The position numbers were made by a program, and so were the translations under genes. A DNA stretch of 64,000 bases from Octopus sinensis (lineage: Eukaryota), in contig NC_042997.1 in NCBI RefSeq assembly GCF_006345805.1, positions 128,402,001 to 128,466,000 of the forward strand, in the 5' to 3' direction. The notes beneath the pieces are model-generated. The model was not told the DNA's origin. It worked only from the letters and a program-made list of their open reading frames with translations, and did no database searches. Below, in pieces: positions 11,020 to 24,620 of the stretch. How positions within the stretch are numbered: position 1 is the first letter of the stretch; each line of letters opens with the position of its first letter.

Positions 11020-12060
11020 TCTTCACCAGATATAAATTTTATGGGACTACATGTAACTGTGTAGGCCAAGTTTGGTTGCACATTGGGCATATTTTGTCCC
11101 ACAGGGGAAGAGGCACTGTCATGGTCACTTTTTATGTTCATATTTATCATTGGGATATCTGGTTTGTGCTGTATTAAAGTGTTGGGCTACACCTTTGTGT
11201 TGATTATTTACCAACAATTCCCACATTCATGCTATGCTTTTTCTAATTTCTTTGAGTACATCTTTAAATCACTTCCTTTATCTTGTATGCTCTTTCTTTT
11301 GTTCAGCTGTGAACAAAATATCTGCACATTATTTGCATGACAAGGCCAGTCTACCAATGCTGGTATCACATAATCATGGTTTCAGTGCAGAAGATATTGA
11401 CTTACTAAGGTGCTGAGCTGGCAGAAACGTTAGCACACTGGGTGAAATGCGTAGCTGTATTTCGTCTGCTATTACATTCTGAGTTCAAATTCCGCTGAGG
11501 TCAACTTTGCCTTTCATCCTTTCGGGGTCGATTAAATAAGTACCAGTTGTGCACTGGGGTCAATATAATCGACTTAATCCGTTTGTCTGTCCTTGTTTGT
11601 CCCCTCTGTGTTTAGCCCCTTGTGGGTAGTAAAGAAATAAGAAGATATTGACTTACTTAAGAATGCAGATGTACTTCCATGTTTTCTACCACTGGATATG
11701 CAAGATTTTCATGAAACATTTCTGATCGTATACAGAAATGTTGCTTATATTTGGTATAGTCTTCAGAGACTTTGAAGAAGAATGGTTGCAATAATTACCT
11801 TAGACACCATACGTTTGGCTGTTTATCTTTGATCATAATCATCGTATACCTATTTCCTCATGTGACCAAATGTTTAAACTTACATATTGTTTTCAGTATT
11901 AGGTCTTTTGAAATTTCTGTTCTATAGAAGGTGGCTGTGCCCTACACTTTACACCATCTGTCTGTAACAAGTGGGTTCCTGTTTGTTGCATGCTTATTGA
12001 TACAAAAGCTTTTGTTTACTTATGCTGAGATTTTAGAAAATGTCATGGTTAGTTGATCTT
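11020..12060 (-). mobile_element. Old RTE-clade LINE 3' fragment, interrupted by a SINE
   Basis: Minus strand KVIIATILLQSLKT, CFMKILHIQW, FKDVLK..WELL and the terminal FPCG..CATKLGLHSYM*SH zinc-finger-like end typical of RTE. Confidence 0.7.
11407..11639 (+). mobile_element. Full-length young SINE (second tRNA-like head family) with 18-bp target-site duplication
   Basis: aaggtgctgagctggcagaaacgttagc...gagttcaaattcc (B box)...cgattaaataagtaccag...aaagaaata, flanked by AGAAGATATTGACTTACT at 11389-11406 and 11640-11657. Confidence 0.92.
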
Positions 12061-13901
12061 CAGGGCATAAATGATAACATGCAGTGCAAAAACATACTAT
12101 AGTAATGTGCTATAAGCTTTTGCACTGTAGAATATACAACCACTCTATTCATTACTGTATACTACCATTCTGTACTGTACAGTACCATGCAGTACATGAC
12201 TACTCAGTGCAGTTCAATGCAATTATTAACACATTTTTTTCTATCTTCACAGTATTTTTAACTGCTGAGCAGACTTTGGGCATTGAAATATGAAGAGTAA
12301 ACAGGTTGACACCAAAAGAGTAACTGTCTATAAAACATTAACTAAAAAATCCCCAGCCATCCTATACCTCCATGGGAAAGTGGATGTAAAAACAATGGTG
12401 ATGATGAATATAATGTGAATTTTTCATATATTTGTAAGAAGATAATGAACATTAGGTTTATATTTTCAAGTGTATAGATATGTTTAGCTGTGTGTATGTG
12501 TATATTATATATACTAGTGTAACTGCCTTTAAGAAAAGGGTATTTTTTAAAAGAAATAAGCTAAAAATGGTATTTAATAAATGCATTGACATTACATATA
12601 TGTAGTACAGACTTGTAAAGCAAAAATAATTATATCTTTATTTAAAATACTTCAGCAGGTTAGATTCAGAGGTAATTAGATACGAGGAACATTTTTTTAT
12701 AAAGTAATATTTTTTAGGTTAAAACAATAAAAACAGTTAATTGTATAAGATTTTTTTCCAACTATCATTTTAACAAGTCAATGGTGAACCTGCACCATCA
12801 AAAATGACAGCAGTTCACACATATATTAAGCCATTCATATTCATGACTTATGCTAAGGAATGTGGAAAAAGTATGCAACATCTACTGCCCTCAGTTTAGT
12901 TACTTTAGTTCATATGTAATGGAAATTTTCATCCCTTAAAGAAGTTGAACTAATGAAAAGTACAAGTTCAACTTTAATTATCCCATGAATGACATTGAGA
13001 TGATCATTAAGATAGATAAGTCCATGAAAGAGGTACACACTTATAATAGTACCAAGGTGGTTTATATAAATTTGGTATTATAAAAGAAACAACAGGTTGT
13101 AATTTTTCAAAAGAAAAAAACTGTTACTTAAACTGTGTATAATGTAGCAACATTAAATGAATTAATAATTTATGAAAAGATTTAGCTGGTTTGGATCGTT
13201 GAGTAAAATAATAGTGGAGTTACAGATTTTCAGCTGAATTGTGTGATTGGGTCATTTATCATCATCATCATGTTCTTTATTCTTTATGTTCTTCAACAAT
13301 ATATAAATCTTACTTAAAGTAGCTCACAATTTGTAGCATCATTAAGGGTTGCTAGTGTAATTAAGAGATATCATCATAATGAAAGTTTAACAGTGTAAAT
13401 GGTATTGGTGCAATCAAGGGGTGTTTATGTAATAGTCATCAAGTTAACAATATCTTTTTTTTTAATAATATCTGTAACTATTTGCTATTCTAACTGGCTG
13501 CTTCTTTTTGTAATTTCCAAACACTTTTCACAATTCTTCAATGACTTACGACTTTCCTGCCAGTGCATATTTGCAGCTTTTACTATCATATAATTCAGAT
13601 GATTTTTTTTTAATAAATTTCCCTCTTGTAGTGAATAAATACATAACCTTTTGTAAAGGTTAATGGGAATAACAACTTTTAAGGTAAATCTTGATGTGTT
13701 GGGTTACTGTTAATAAAATAGTCTTTCACTATTTCACATCATCATGAATATTTATTGACATTTGCCAGTTTAGCTGAAATCTTCCAATTCTGCTTTATTG
13801 AAAATAATGTTTCTTAATTAAGCCACCAGTACTATTAATTTAACATCTGTAGTCAAATATAATAATTTTGATTTTGAAGAAATTTTACAAACTGAAAAGT
13901 T

Positions 13902-13904
<3 letters not shown>

Positions 13905-13934
<30 letters not shown>

Positions 13935-14150
13935 GTTTAGCATCCGTTTTCCATGCTAGCATGGGTTGGACGGTTCAACTGGGGTCTGTGAAGCCGGAAG
14001 GCTTCATCGGGCCCAGTCAGATCTGGCAGTGTTTCTACGGCTGGATGCCCTTCCTATCGCCAACCACTCCGTGAGTGTAGTGGGTGCTTTTTACATGCCA
14101 CCCGCACAGGTGCCAGACAGAGCTGGCAAACGGCCACGAACGGATGGTGC
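13905..14150 (-). mobile_element. Young RTE/SINE tail copy with (CAT)n end
   Basis: (cat)n cgtttagcatccgttttccatgctagcatgggttggacgg...ggctggatgcccttcctatcgccaaccactccg; CpGs retained. Confidence 0.9.
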
Positions 14151-14479
14151 TTTTATAATTTATCAATATATACAAATGTTCAAATCTCAATAATATTTCT
14201 AGCAAATATAAATCTTTATATGTATATGTTTTCAAGCTATTTCAAATGAATGCTTATATATTATCATTCTTGTTTTATTTTAAAATTTTGCCTTGATCAA
14301 TATCTTTAAATTGTCAGATACTAACTATAATACTAGAATAACATTGCCACATAAAATACTTGCTATGACTTTTAATTTCATGTTAGCTACCTTTCTTTCA
14401 GAGGTAACTTTTCAGGAAATAAACATAGTTATTGTAGTTTATATTACTCATTTATAAATTTGAGGAGCTTTACATATAC

Positions 14480-15100
14480 TGGGACTCTCAATTTCTGATG
14501 ACACTTCATGGCTACTTAACATATATGACATTGCAAATCTCTTCAGAATCAGAAAATATTTCTACTTTCATCAGCTATCAACCCATTACAAGGCACTCAC
14601 ATCAAAGTACTGCCTACATATCTAGGATAGAGTTGTTGCTAGAATCATACAACCCTCTTAAACCCACATTAAAGTACTACTCACACATCTGGGACAGTGC
14701 TACTGTTATATATACAAACATTCTGGTACCACATTTGAATTCTAGCCACATATCTGAAACATTACTACTGTTACACACGTACATTGGCATACACACACAT
14801 GTTTTAGACACCCACCAATCTCAGTGACTAATTGATAACTATTCACCAACCAACACCCACGGTTATCCCAAGCCCACAGATGTGCTGTATCTTCCTTATT
14901 TCTTATAGAATAATTACAATGACTCCTACACTTCTAAATTCAAAAGCTGTGTATGACCACCACCACTCAGTGCATCCTACTTGTTATACTCCAAAATCTG
15001 AACTAAGCATGCATTCAATTCCTCTTTAGAAATGCAGCTCTCATGAACTTCCAACCTACTCTCATCAAAACAAGAAAACTTCAATTTTGCCCATTAACTG
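14480..15100 (+). mobile_element. CR1/Jockey-group LINE 3' remnant
   Basis: LKPTLKYYSHIWDSA (RP.LEYCS.VW motif) and HRCAVSSLF (HRR...SLFY motif); many stops. Confidence 0.55.
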
Positions 15101-18009
15101 TACCAACCTTTAAAAAATATTCTAAAAAAATGAATATTTTCTACCTTTTCACTGATTCAAGACGAAGCTTTTTGATCTTCTCTTTTACTAACTAGAGAAT
15201 CTAAATAAAATTATCCACTTGTATATAAATGTTTATTTCAATAATATTCTTCTCAAAAATGGAAATATCATTTCAATAGTTATAATAAAAAAAGAAAAAC
15301 AGCTTTATTAACAATATGTAAAAAAAAAAAGTTGCCCTTATATATCTCATTAAAATACTGAGAGGCGTTTAAAATGTGTAACATTGGAGATGATGCTGAT
15401 TTAATCTTCTGCTGTGTATGAATATGTATGAATGAACGTAAGTGAACGTATGTAAATATGTGAGTGTATGTGTATATGTGCAATGTCTCCATGTGTATGT
15501 GAGCATTTGTGATTATATGTATATATGTGTATGAGGAGGCATATGTTTATACACATAGGCTTGTGTGTGTATGCATGTATTAATGGTTTTACATGTGTGG
15601 GTGTGTACCTATACATGTGGGTAGGTGTTTATTTAAAAAACCATTCTTATCTATTAAATGATTATATTTAGTATATTTGTGAGATTACAGATTTATCCAG
15701 TTTTATATATATTGCATCCATTTATATTTAAATGAATGCAATCCTTTAATTCTATCATATTTATTGCTCTATTCATTGTGCCATCCATTCTACTGAAGTC
15801 AAATTCAGTGAAACTACTTTCAATATTTCCTGTTCTTACTGTAAAACATCATCGGCCTATATAAAGTTCTCCCTATTGACAACTATAATTTACTGATCTT
15901 ACCACCAATTCACCTTTCAGAAATCCCATCTTTCTCTTCATTTTGTACTTTCTGACAGTAAGAGGAAAACCTCTGACTCTCAATTGACAGAAAGGCACTT
16001 GCTGCCAACAATCGTTACCATCTGCTTACTTAGTGCTTTACTACTAAACAGCTGCCTGGTATTCTGTAGAATCTTTAACAAAAATTCTTCCATTGAAGCT
16101 GTACTTGCCAGACATTTTAAATGTTTGTAGAATTGGCTTTGAAATGAATACAAGTGTCTTTAGAATATTGTTCTTAGATTCTTCTTTGTTTCATAACATC
16201 TCTCTACTTAAACGTTATTTTACTATCATTGTTTATATTCACATGTATTATAGAAACTATTACGCTACTTTAACTAGCTTAGCTTCTAAATTGTTGCTGC
16301 TTCTGCTTCTCTAAAGAGGATTACATGGGTTTATTTTAATCTTTCCCCCCTCTCTCTCTCATTCTCTGTCTCTATTCACATATCTACCTGTCTCTCTCTA
16401 TGTTAGATTATTTTTCCTTGTACCTTTTATTCAAATATCTCCTCAATATTGCTATAATTAGCTGCACTGTTAGATTTTTCTTTCCCTTTGCAAATAAATT
16501 AGTTGAACAAATTTATAATAATCATACATATTACTCATATTCAAAATTTCAGTTTACTACATGGTAACAATGATTGAGTGGAGGTGGTAGTTGGTGGTTA
16601 TATCAATGATGATGGAGATGATGATTATTTATTACCTATTTGTTGTTGCCATATTCCACTCCCACCCCAACTTCTTCAGTTAATTCACATATTTCTATAA
16701 AAAATCCCACTATTTATGTCATTTTCATATGAATAAATATACATGCATGCATTCAAACATGCATCTTTATATGCATGTAGATATATATGTTTGTAAGTAA
16801 AATTAGTGAGGCAGTTTTCTCTTTCTCTCAGCATACACACGCACATGAATATATTTGTAATTATATAGTCTATATGTATTAGACATGTTTAATAGATAAC
16901 AGATTGATAGGTAACCCCTATAACTAATATCAAAATATATGTATTCACTTTTATTTGCTTATAAGTGAGAAGCTGTACAATTACTTCTTGCTACCTAAAG
17001 CTAGATCTTGCACCTCTGTAGATAACATTGAATGCATTATTATTGATAGATACACAACTTTTGATGAAATGGTTTTGCCAGTTGTTATTTCAATAGTTTA
17101 TTGATAGCCACAATCTACAAGATAGCTGTGAAGTTGCTGATCACTTACTTAGTACTTTTCATTCACAGCTGCTGTTAGAGGCATGGAAGTATAATTAATT
17201 GTCATTATGAGGACAGAGATGCGTGGAGGAAATGTGGACTCCACAAGCTGCAGTGTGACCAACCTGTCTAGGAAAGCAGTAACTCCAAATAGAAATTAAT
17301 TTATTGTAGAGGACCTTGTTGTCCTCTCTCTCATGCCAATGATATGGTAAAATGCACCTAGCCCATGCTGTAAAGTGTTTGGTGCTAGGAAGGGTGTCCA
17401 AATGTAAAATGTATGTAAAAAAAAATTGATATACAAAACAAACTGATGTAATCAGTTTTCTCTCTATTGGTTTGTGCATACCTGATGACAAAGGATGGGT
17501 ACTGAGATGTTGGGTGATGTTTCCAACACATGCAAGTACAGAAAAAACAAAAAAACAGACTGAAAATGATGACGAAGATGATGATGATGTACTGAAATAT
17601 CACAGCCATTTATTTTATGATTTCTGGAAAATAAAATTAATTTACGGCAGATTTGAACAAGTGGTTTAACTTTTGTACCAAAATTATTGACTTCTTAGAT
17701 AGGAATAGGGCCACATATTTGTGAAGAGAGGAGAGAGAAGGGAGGAGTTGTTAACTGAATTGACTCCATTATATGACTGCTATTTTATTACTCATAAAAG
17801 AATGATAGGTAAAAGTCAGTAAGTTAACCCTAACAGGGTTTCACTTAAAATGTACCAAGCTCTAGATAAATACTGTAAAACTAACCCCATTGTCTAACTC
17901 CATTGCAGTAGCAGCACCAGTAGTAGTGGTTGTAGTAGCAGCAGCAACATAAATACATTTCTGGGCTCATCTTTCTGAAGTCAGCTGGTAGGGCCACATT
18001 AAATGCATT

Positions 18010-18853
18010 GGCTGTAATTTCATCATGAGCCAATCATTGGTAAATTCATCATCGTACCAAACATATCATAGATAAATTCATCATCATGCTTTTTATCTGC
18101 AGAGTAAATATTTCTTTGAACATTATTTAAAGTTTTTATTCATTGAGGAAATATATTGCATCTCATTAACAAAGAAAAAGACATTCAAAGACAAAAAATT
18201 ACATCTTACAATCTAGAAATTTTTAGAAATCTTGAAACAGGAACAATGAAGAAACGAAGTAATAATCATACAGTATAATGCCAATCCATAAATTCTACAT
18301 TGCAAAAAGAAATATAACGGTAGTGCAGCATGAATTCAATGCATCATCAATGAATATCAAAATTGCAAAATACTGGATTATTTAAAAGGCATTGCTCGTA
18401 ATTTGTCTTTTTCGCATGTTTCTTTTTCTAACTTAAAATAGCGTTATCTCTTTACTGCATTTCTTTGTGATTCTTTCCTTTTTATAAAAGTGACTGTGAT
18501 TTGCTTTTTATATATATATTCAGTAAATTTGATATTTATAATCTTTCAATTTCTTTTTCATTGCTAATGAAATGCGATGTATTTGCTTTGCAAGTAAAAA
18601 TTATATATAATGGTTAGTGAATTATTCTGTGGATAAAAAGCATGGCGATTAATTTACCGAGGAAATATTTGGCAATACAATGAATTTACCGACAAGGTAT
18701 TTGGTATGATGATGAATTTACCGACAGCATTGGTTGTGATGAAATTACCAAGTGATGAAATTACAGAAGATTATTTACCATAATGTAATTACTTAACATT
18801 ATTTACCGTGATGTAATTACTCAAGATTATTTACCATCATGTAATTACTGGCC
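18010..18853 (+). mobile_element. Non-autonomous MULE/Foldback-type element with internally repetitive TIRs and a transposase C-terminal remnant
   Basis: Left arm 18010-18103 (ggtaaattcatcatc repeats...atgctttttatctgcaga) is the reverse complement of right arm 18626-18853. Internal IQCIINEYQNCKILDYLKGIARNLSF at ~18334-18411 resembles MULE transposase ends. Confidence 0.7.
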
Positions 18854-21469
18854 AGCTCCTTACCTCTACCCCTACTTTCTTTACAGATACAAACTATAGA
18901 ACTTTTTAGTTAGACATCAATCATATCAACTACACCTGTGTGAGAAATTCTGCAATTTGTAAAAAAATTGTAGTTTGCCAGAACACATTGATGTGAAGGG
19001 AATTCTTGAGTGGGTGAAGACTGGCATACAAAATACTGTTCAATGTTTGGTTTTAAAAAATAAATCTTTACAGGAAATTATTTTGCAACTCTAATAGTAT
19101 TAATACATTTAATGTACTGAATATCAGCAAACTAATTAAAAATAATTATTTGATGATGCAAAGATAGCATGAACTCAGTGACAAATAACTTGGTGCTTTG
19201 GCAGAATCTATGAGACTGCATGCATGAGGGCCAGGTCCTTCCACCCATCTTTTCACCAATCCTTATAAAGTGTCACAAGCATAAGATTATCTTTGGTAAT
19301 TGCTACAGAGTTTGTGGAAATAAAATACAGGTGATAATCAATGGGTTAGTTTGAATAGAAAATGAGTGTAATTAAAAAGAAAGCTTTAAAGCCCTGAGGC
19401 TATTAGAGTTACAGTAAATGCAAGAGAAAGTACAAAATAGCAATAGGTCAAAGATTTAAAGTTTTCTGTCTAAAATGTTTCATCAATCAAGTTTGGTTTC
19501 TAATATGATCTAACATCACAATAATTGGTGGAGTTATGCCACTGTCATCTAGAATATGAAAACTGTGTAACAAAGGGTCAATAGTCACACAGAATAGAAA
19601 ATGAAGTCTATTTTATGTGCTTTTAATAATGTGGCAAGACTTCAAGAAAAATCACAGGAAATGATGAATTCTTGTATGTATAAATAGAAAGATTCCTCAA
19701 AGTGAAAGATATTGATGATAAATGAGTTTCATATATTTCCTACAGTTAAAATTGATTCCTAACATTTTCTATAAGTGTCCAAAGTGGGGAAAGGGTACAG
19801 CTGATTAAAGCAACCCCAGGATTTGACTGGCACTTCGTTTATCAACCTTAGAGGTGGCACTGCATTGCTGACCTCTGTGTGATTTAAGCAACGAATGTAA
19901 GGGTATGAAATTGAAAAATGCAAAGCAGTTGGTCTGACACTCTATAGTTACCAACATTCCACTCTCCCTGATGTAATGGTTTAATATTATTTAACATTTC
20001 AAGAGTATTGTGTCGGCAAATATGATAAAGGAGACCACATTGATAGCAGAAGAGGATGTCTGCCATCAGTGAGGATCTTTAACCATATTTGCAAATACAA
20101 TACTGTTATAATGTTTAATGATGTCGATCTATTGATTACACAATATATTAGAATTTTTCTGTTTGGCATTTCACTTTTTGTCATTCTAACCTAATTCTAT
20201 TCCATTCATTTCCCATAAATATTGCAACTGTTGCTATGATACCTTTAGAAAACACTATTTCTACTGATCCAACAAAGGGGCCTCTACATGGCTGCTCAGC
20301 CTGCTAGAAATAGCAACCAGATCTCCCTCAGACCATAACCTACTTAAATTTTTTTTTAAACAAGGACAACTTATATAACATAGTCTTAGATATGCTGTCT
20401 GAATAAAATAGGGGATGGCTGAAGTGCTTTTGATCATAAATCTGCTCTATCATTGCTGAGAGTAAAATGGCAACTATATCATCAATTATTTTTATGTCCA
20501 ATGCAAGATTCAATTTCAATCTGCCTATCTATCTGTATTTCGAGTATCCAGAGACACAACAGTTATAAAACATATCTACAGGTTTGGAGTTGATGAAATG
20601 AAATTTCTTTTTTTATTTGTAATATCTTGAAACATTATTTTGTAAGGTTTAATATAGAAAATATTTCTGTCTTCACAAACAGGAAAGAATGTGGATTTTC
20701 AACTGAACCAATGCACGACGGTGACTCTCTAATAAGTTACTAGCTGTAGGTCTTTACATTTATAAACTTAAAATATATTCATGCCAGCCTTTTGTCCTAT
20801 ATTTGATATAAATAACAGCCACTTATGAAAACAACCAGTCGAATTTAAGAAAAAAAAGAAAACAAAAGCAGCCGCTAGCCACATCTATTTCTGATGAAAT
20901 GAATTCTTACAACATGACCTACAGACTACTATTTTACAATGTATAATATAATATTAGTTTTCTATTTGTGTCCCCCACCAGAAGGGCCTTAAAAGTGAAT
21001 TACAGGAGGAACAGATAATGATATTTATCATTCTATTTTCTAAGACACTGATTTTACTGATAATTTCTGTATCATCATATAATGGGGGGGGGGGGTTATC
21101 TTTGTTATGTTATAATTCAATACAAACTTCCTAGTTAGCGACTTGTCCTAATTTAATCATCTGTCTTTTTATAGCAACTAGTTAATGAATTAATTTAATT
21201 TTTCTTCTATTTTTGTATTTGTGTCATTTTCATGTGAGTCATACATTTAATGATAATGATTTCTAGCTTTGGCGTTAAGCTTCAAATTTGTAGAGGTATG
21301 GATGTAGTCACTTGAATGAAGTTCAGTGCATGACTGGTTCATGCTTGAGCAAAAGATAAGAGCAGGCAAAATTAACACGACATCAACAAGATTTGATCTT
21401 ATAATGTAAAGATGGGCATTTAGTCCAGCACTCCTAATTCTTCCCATTTATAAACAATAATAACAATAC

Positions 21470-21790
21470 CATCAACCCCCAGCACTTAACTAACACATTA
21501 TTTTATCAATCCCCAAAGGGTGACCTAGGTGGGATTTAAATTCAGAGTGTAAAGAGCTAGAACATATAATAATAAGAAGAAGAACCCTTTCTAATATAGG
21601 CACAAGGCCTAAAATTGTGGGGGAAGGAGCTTGTCAATTACATCAACCCCAGTGTTCAACTGGTTATTTTATCAACCCTGAAATGATGAAAGGTGAAATT
21701 GGCCTCAGTGGAATTTGAATTCAGAATGTAAAAATGGATAAAATACCACCGAGCATTTTGTCCGTCATACTAACAATTCTGCCAATTTGT
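21470..21790 (-). mobile_element. Two decayed SINE fragments (second head family); further copies at ~17700-17880, ~19790-19880, ~22330-22540, ~35070-35330 (all -)
   Basis: ttttatcaaccctgaaatgatgaaaggtgaaattggcctcagtggaatttgaattcagaatgtaa is the reverse complement of the 11407 SINE core. Confidence 0.75.
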
Positions 21791-22049
21791 CACCTGAATA
21801 ATTATAATTCTTTCTAATTTTGGTATACTTCATTTTGACTTTCTTATAGTGTTTTCTTGACAGAGATATGTGGGTGGTTTGCCATTGCCTTCCTCAACTG
21901 TATGGCTGTTAATCCACAAAGAGCTCATCCACCCTCAACAGATCTTCTTTTTTTGTCCTGCTGGGTGTCCAGACACCTTCCTCATGCTACTTAAATGGGT
22001 GAGCTAGTTTAGTTACCAACCACTCAACCATAGTACTACCTATTTACAT

Positions 22050-22320
22050 AGTACCAGAAGCAGGTCTTGTCAGCCTGTTATGAGATCCCTGACCTGACCT
22101 GCATTTGAAATGTGGGTGTATAGGTAAATGTTGCAATCCCTGACAAAGATCATCAGTCAAATGGATGGGTGTTACATCAGACATTTGGAAAACATTATCA
22201 TGGAAGAGTAAAAGGTAGTTGTTCAAGAGGCAGACAAAGAATGCAATGTATGGACAATATCAAGAGCCAGTTAGACAAAAGTGGCAAGGCAGTCTTATCA
22301 GGAAGACTTTTATTGTAGTG
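22050..22320 (+). mobile_element. RTE-clade LINE 3' remnant
   Basis: GRVKGSCSRGRQRMQCMDNIKSQL (G..EG.R.RGRQR..W.D pattern). Confidence 0.55.
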
Positions 22321-22813
22321 TCCTCAATGCAGGGCAGGCATAAGATTTTTGGTATAAGACCTACAACTTTGAGGTAGAAAAGTAGATTGATTGCATTGAC
22401 CTCAGTAATTGCCTTGTACTTTGTTTTATTAACCCTGAGATGAAAAAAAAAAGGCAAAGTTGACTGCAGTGGAATATGAACTCAGAGCAAATACCACAAT
22501 GTATACTGTCTGATGCTCTTATGATTCTATCTAAAGCCGCACATTTTAAGAAAGAATTGTAGCCAATTATATCATTTCCATTGTGTGACTTGTACATATT
22601 TAATCAATCCTGGAATGATGAGAAAACAAGGTGAAACCCATCACATGAAGAGACATAACTAAATTATTCATGTCATTTTGTCTGCCATTGCACCAATTCT
22701 TTCAAAGATTTCAACCAATGATAAGAATTTAAAATCAAGCCGTTTAAATGGAAAAGTAGAGTGAATGTAGTCAACACTGTGTATCTTACTGGTAGTTTTT
22801 TTTTTTTTATCAG

Positions 22814-22890
22814 CTCCAGCTTGATGGAAAACAAAATGGGAACAGTAGAATCAAAGAAAACTAATGATGATCTGTCTGTATCAGCAAGAA
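22814..22890 (+). CDS. Candidate exon (SSLMENKMGTVESKKTNDDLSVSAR); unverified
   Basis: T13-ATCAG acceptor, 77-nt stretch open in one frame, GAA|GTAAAT donor, and caaaATGG context before MGTVESK. Confidence 0.2.
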
Positions 22891-24411
22891 GTAAATAAAA
22901 GAGGTTCACACAGTAGAATAAATTATTTTTCCATAAGGAAGAAGTGAAGTCCAATATTTCAGCCAGGATCTGAGAGGGATGATGTGTTTACAAAGATATT
23001 AGGACTCCTCAATAAAACACAGATGTTTCCCATAAAGAACATAACAAAATCTTAGTCATTTTGCCTTGCATTTTACTTATTCTGTCATCTATACCATCTA
23101 CATTATTCAATTATTCAGTTCTAATATTACTCATAAAAATTGTAATTCTATGAAACTTGTTTGGTTAGACAAGTTCTTATGCCAAAAGTACAGCCCAAAA
23201 GTGTTAGATTTCCCTCTCCCAGTCACATGATATACAGACTTATCCAAACTTATTGGCTACCACTGCATAATTTTTACCAGTATAGACAACAACCTGACTC
23301 CGATTTTCACCAGTAATTCTATGAATGATCTTAGCTAGCTTTTCTCCAACAGATGTTAATCTTAACTGTCATATGACAAGCTTTATAAGTTTTATATTAC
23401 CTGTAATAGAAAAAAAGAAAAACAGTAAATTTTATAGAACAGTTATTCCAATCTTATTGTAAAATGACAAGATCTTTAGCTATTGTGACAGCAGCTGAGA
23501 ACTTTACATCAGCATCCTTTTCTCAAACAAAACACAAAATATAGATAATTTCATAAGCAGGGCAGAGAACAGTTTCAAACCAATTTGTAAATACATCAAA
23601 TGAATTTAGTGAATAATAAAATAGTGTTGATTCATTTGTTAAAGTAATTTCTTTACTCGTTTTTGAAAAGAGAACATTTAAATCTAGTTGACATTTACAT
23701 GTATTCTACTTCCTTAATTTTTAATGATGAAAATATAACATGTTTTAGAGGATACACATATAATATTCTGGCGTGAATGAGCTACACTAAATTATTGTGG
23801 TGTAAAATACTAAAGCTACAACTTTTAATTTGTAATGACTTTGATGAATAGGGAACAAAGTTTTGCTCTTTAATTAATTCCCATAAATTTAGCTTTTTAT
23901 AATGTGTATTTTAATTGCAGTATGTAATGGATTCAAGACACTAACAACTATTTTGCTGTTCACAGGTGTTATAATTAAGGATGTAAATGTTCATTATTGA
24001 GGCATATTATTTTTAATGAAATTTAAGATGACAATTTGATTTCTTATTTTTTAATATATTTGTGTTTAACATTTGAAATTGTATTGTTTAAAGTAGACTT
24101 TAAATAACTAGTGAATGAAAGTCAGTAATGAGCATTAAGTTGCTAAAGGACCAAATATACAGAGAGAAATATATCTAAGGAACATATATAAACACACGTG
24201 CATGTGCACACACACACACACATACACAATAACTGAAAGGTTCCAATTTCCAGTACTCCAAGTTACTCATTTGCAATCACCCGTTGGTAAATCCAGCTTG
24301 TTTTCTTTTAAAATATTCGTTGTTTGAATATTGTTTTGAAATATAAAATCAAAGCTGCTCACATTTTTTATTTCATTTATTGTTTTCATGGTAATATTAT
24401 AAATGACTTAT

Positions 24412-24620
24412 AAGGTGGTGAGCTAGCAGAATCATTGGTATACTGGGCAAAATGCTTAGTGACATTTTGGTCTGCCTTTATGCTCTGATTTCAAATGCCA
24501 TCAAGGTCGAATTTGCTTTCATCCTTTTGAGATCTATAAAATAAGTACAAGTTAAGCCCTGGAAATCAACTTACCCTTTCCCTGAAATTGTTGGCATTGT
24601 ACCAAAATTTGAAACCAATA
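24412..24620 (+). mobile_element. SINE (second head family)
   Basis: aaggtggtgagctagcagaatcattgg...aaggtcgaatttgctttcatccttttgag...ataagtacaag. Confidence 0.8.

Noticed and set aside
15840-16200. Minus-strand YSCQ*GELYIG suggestive of a Penelope GIY-YIG
   Set aside because: Single short motif with a stop; flanking motifs not recoverable
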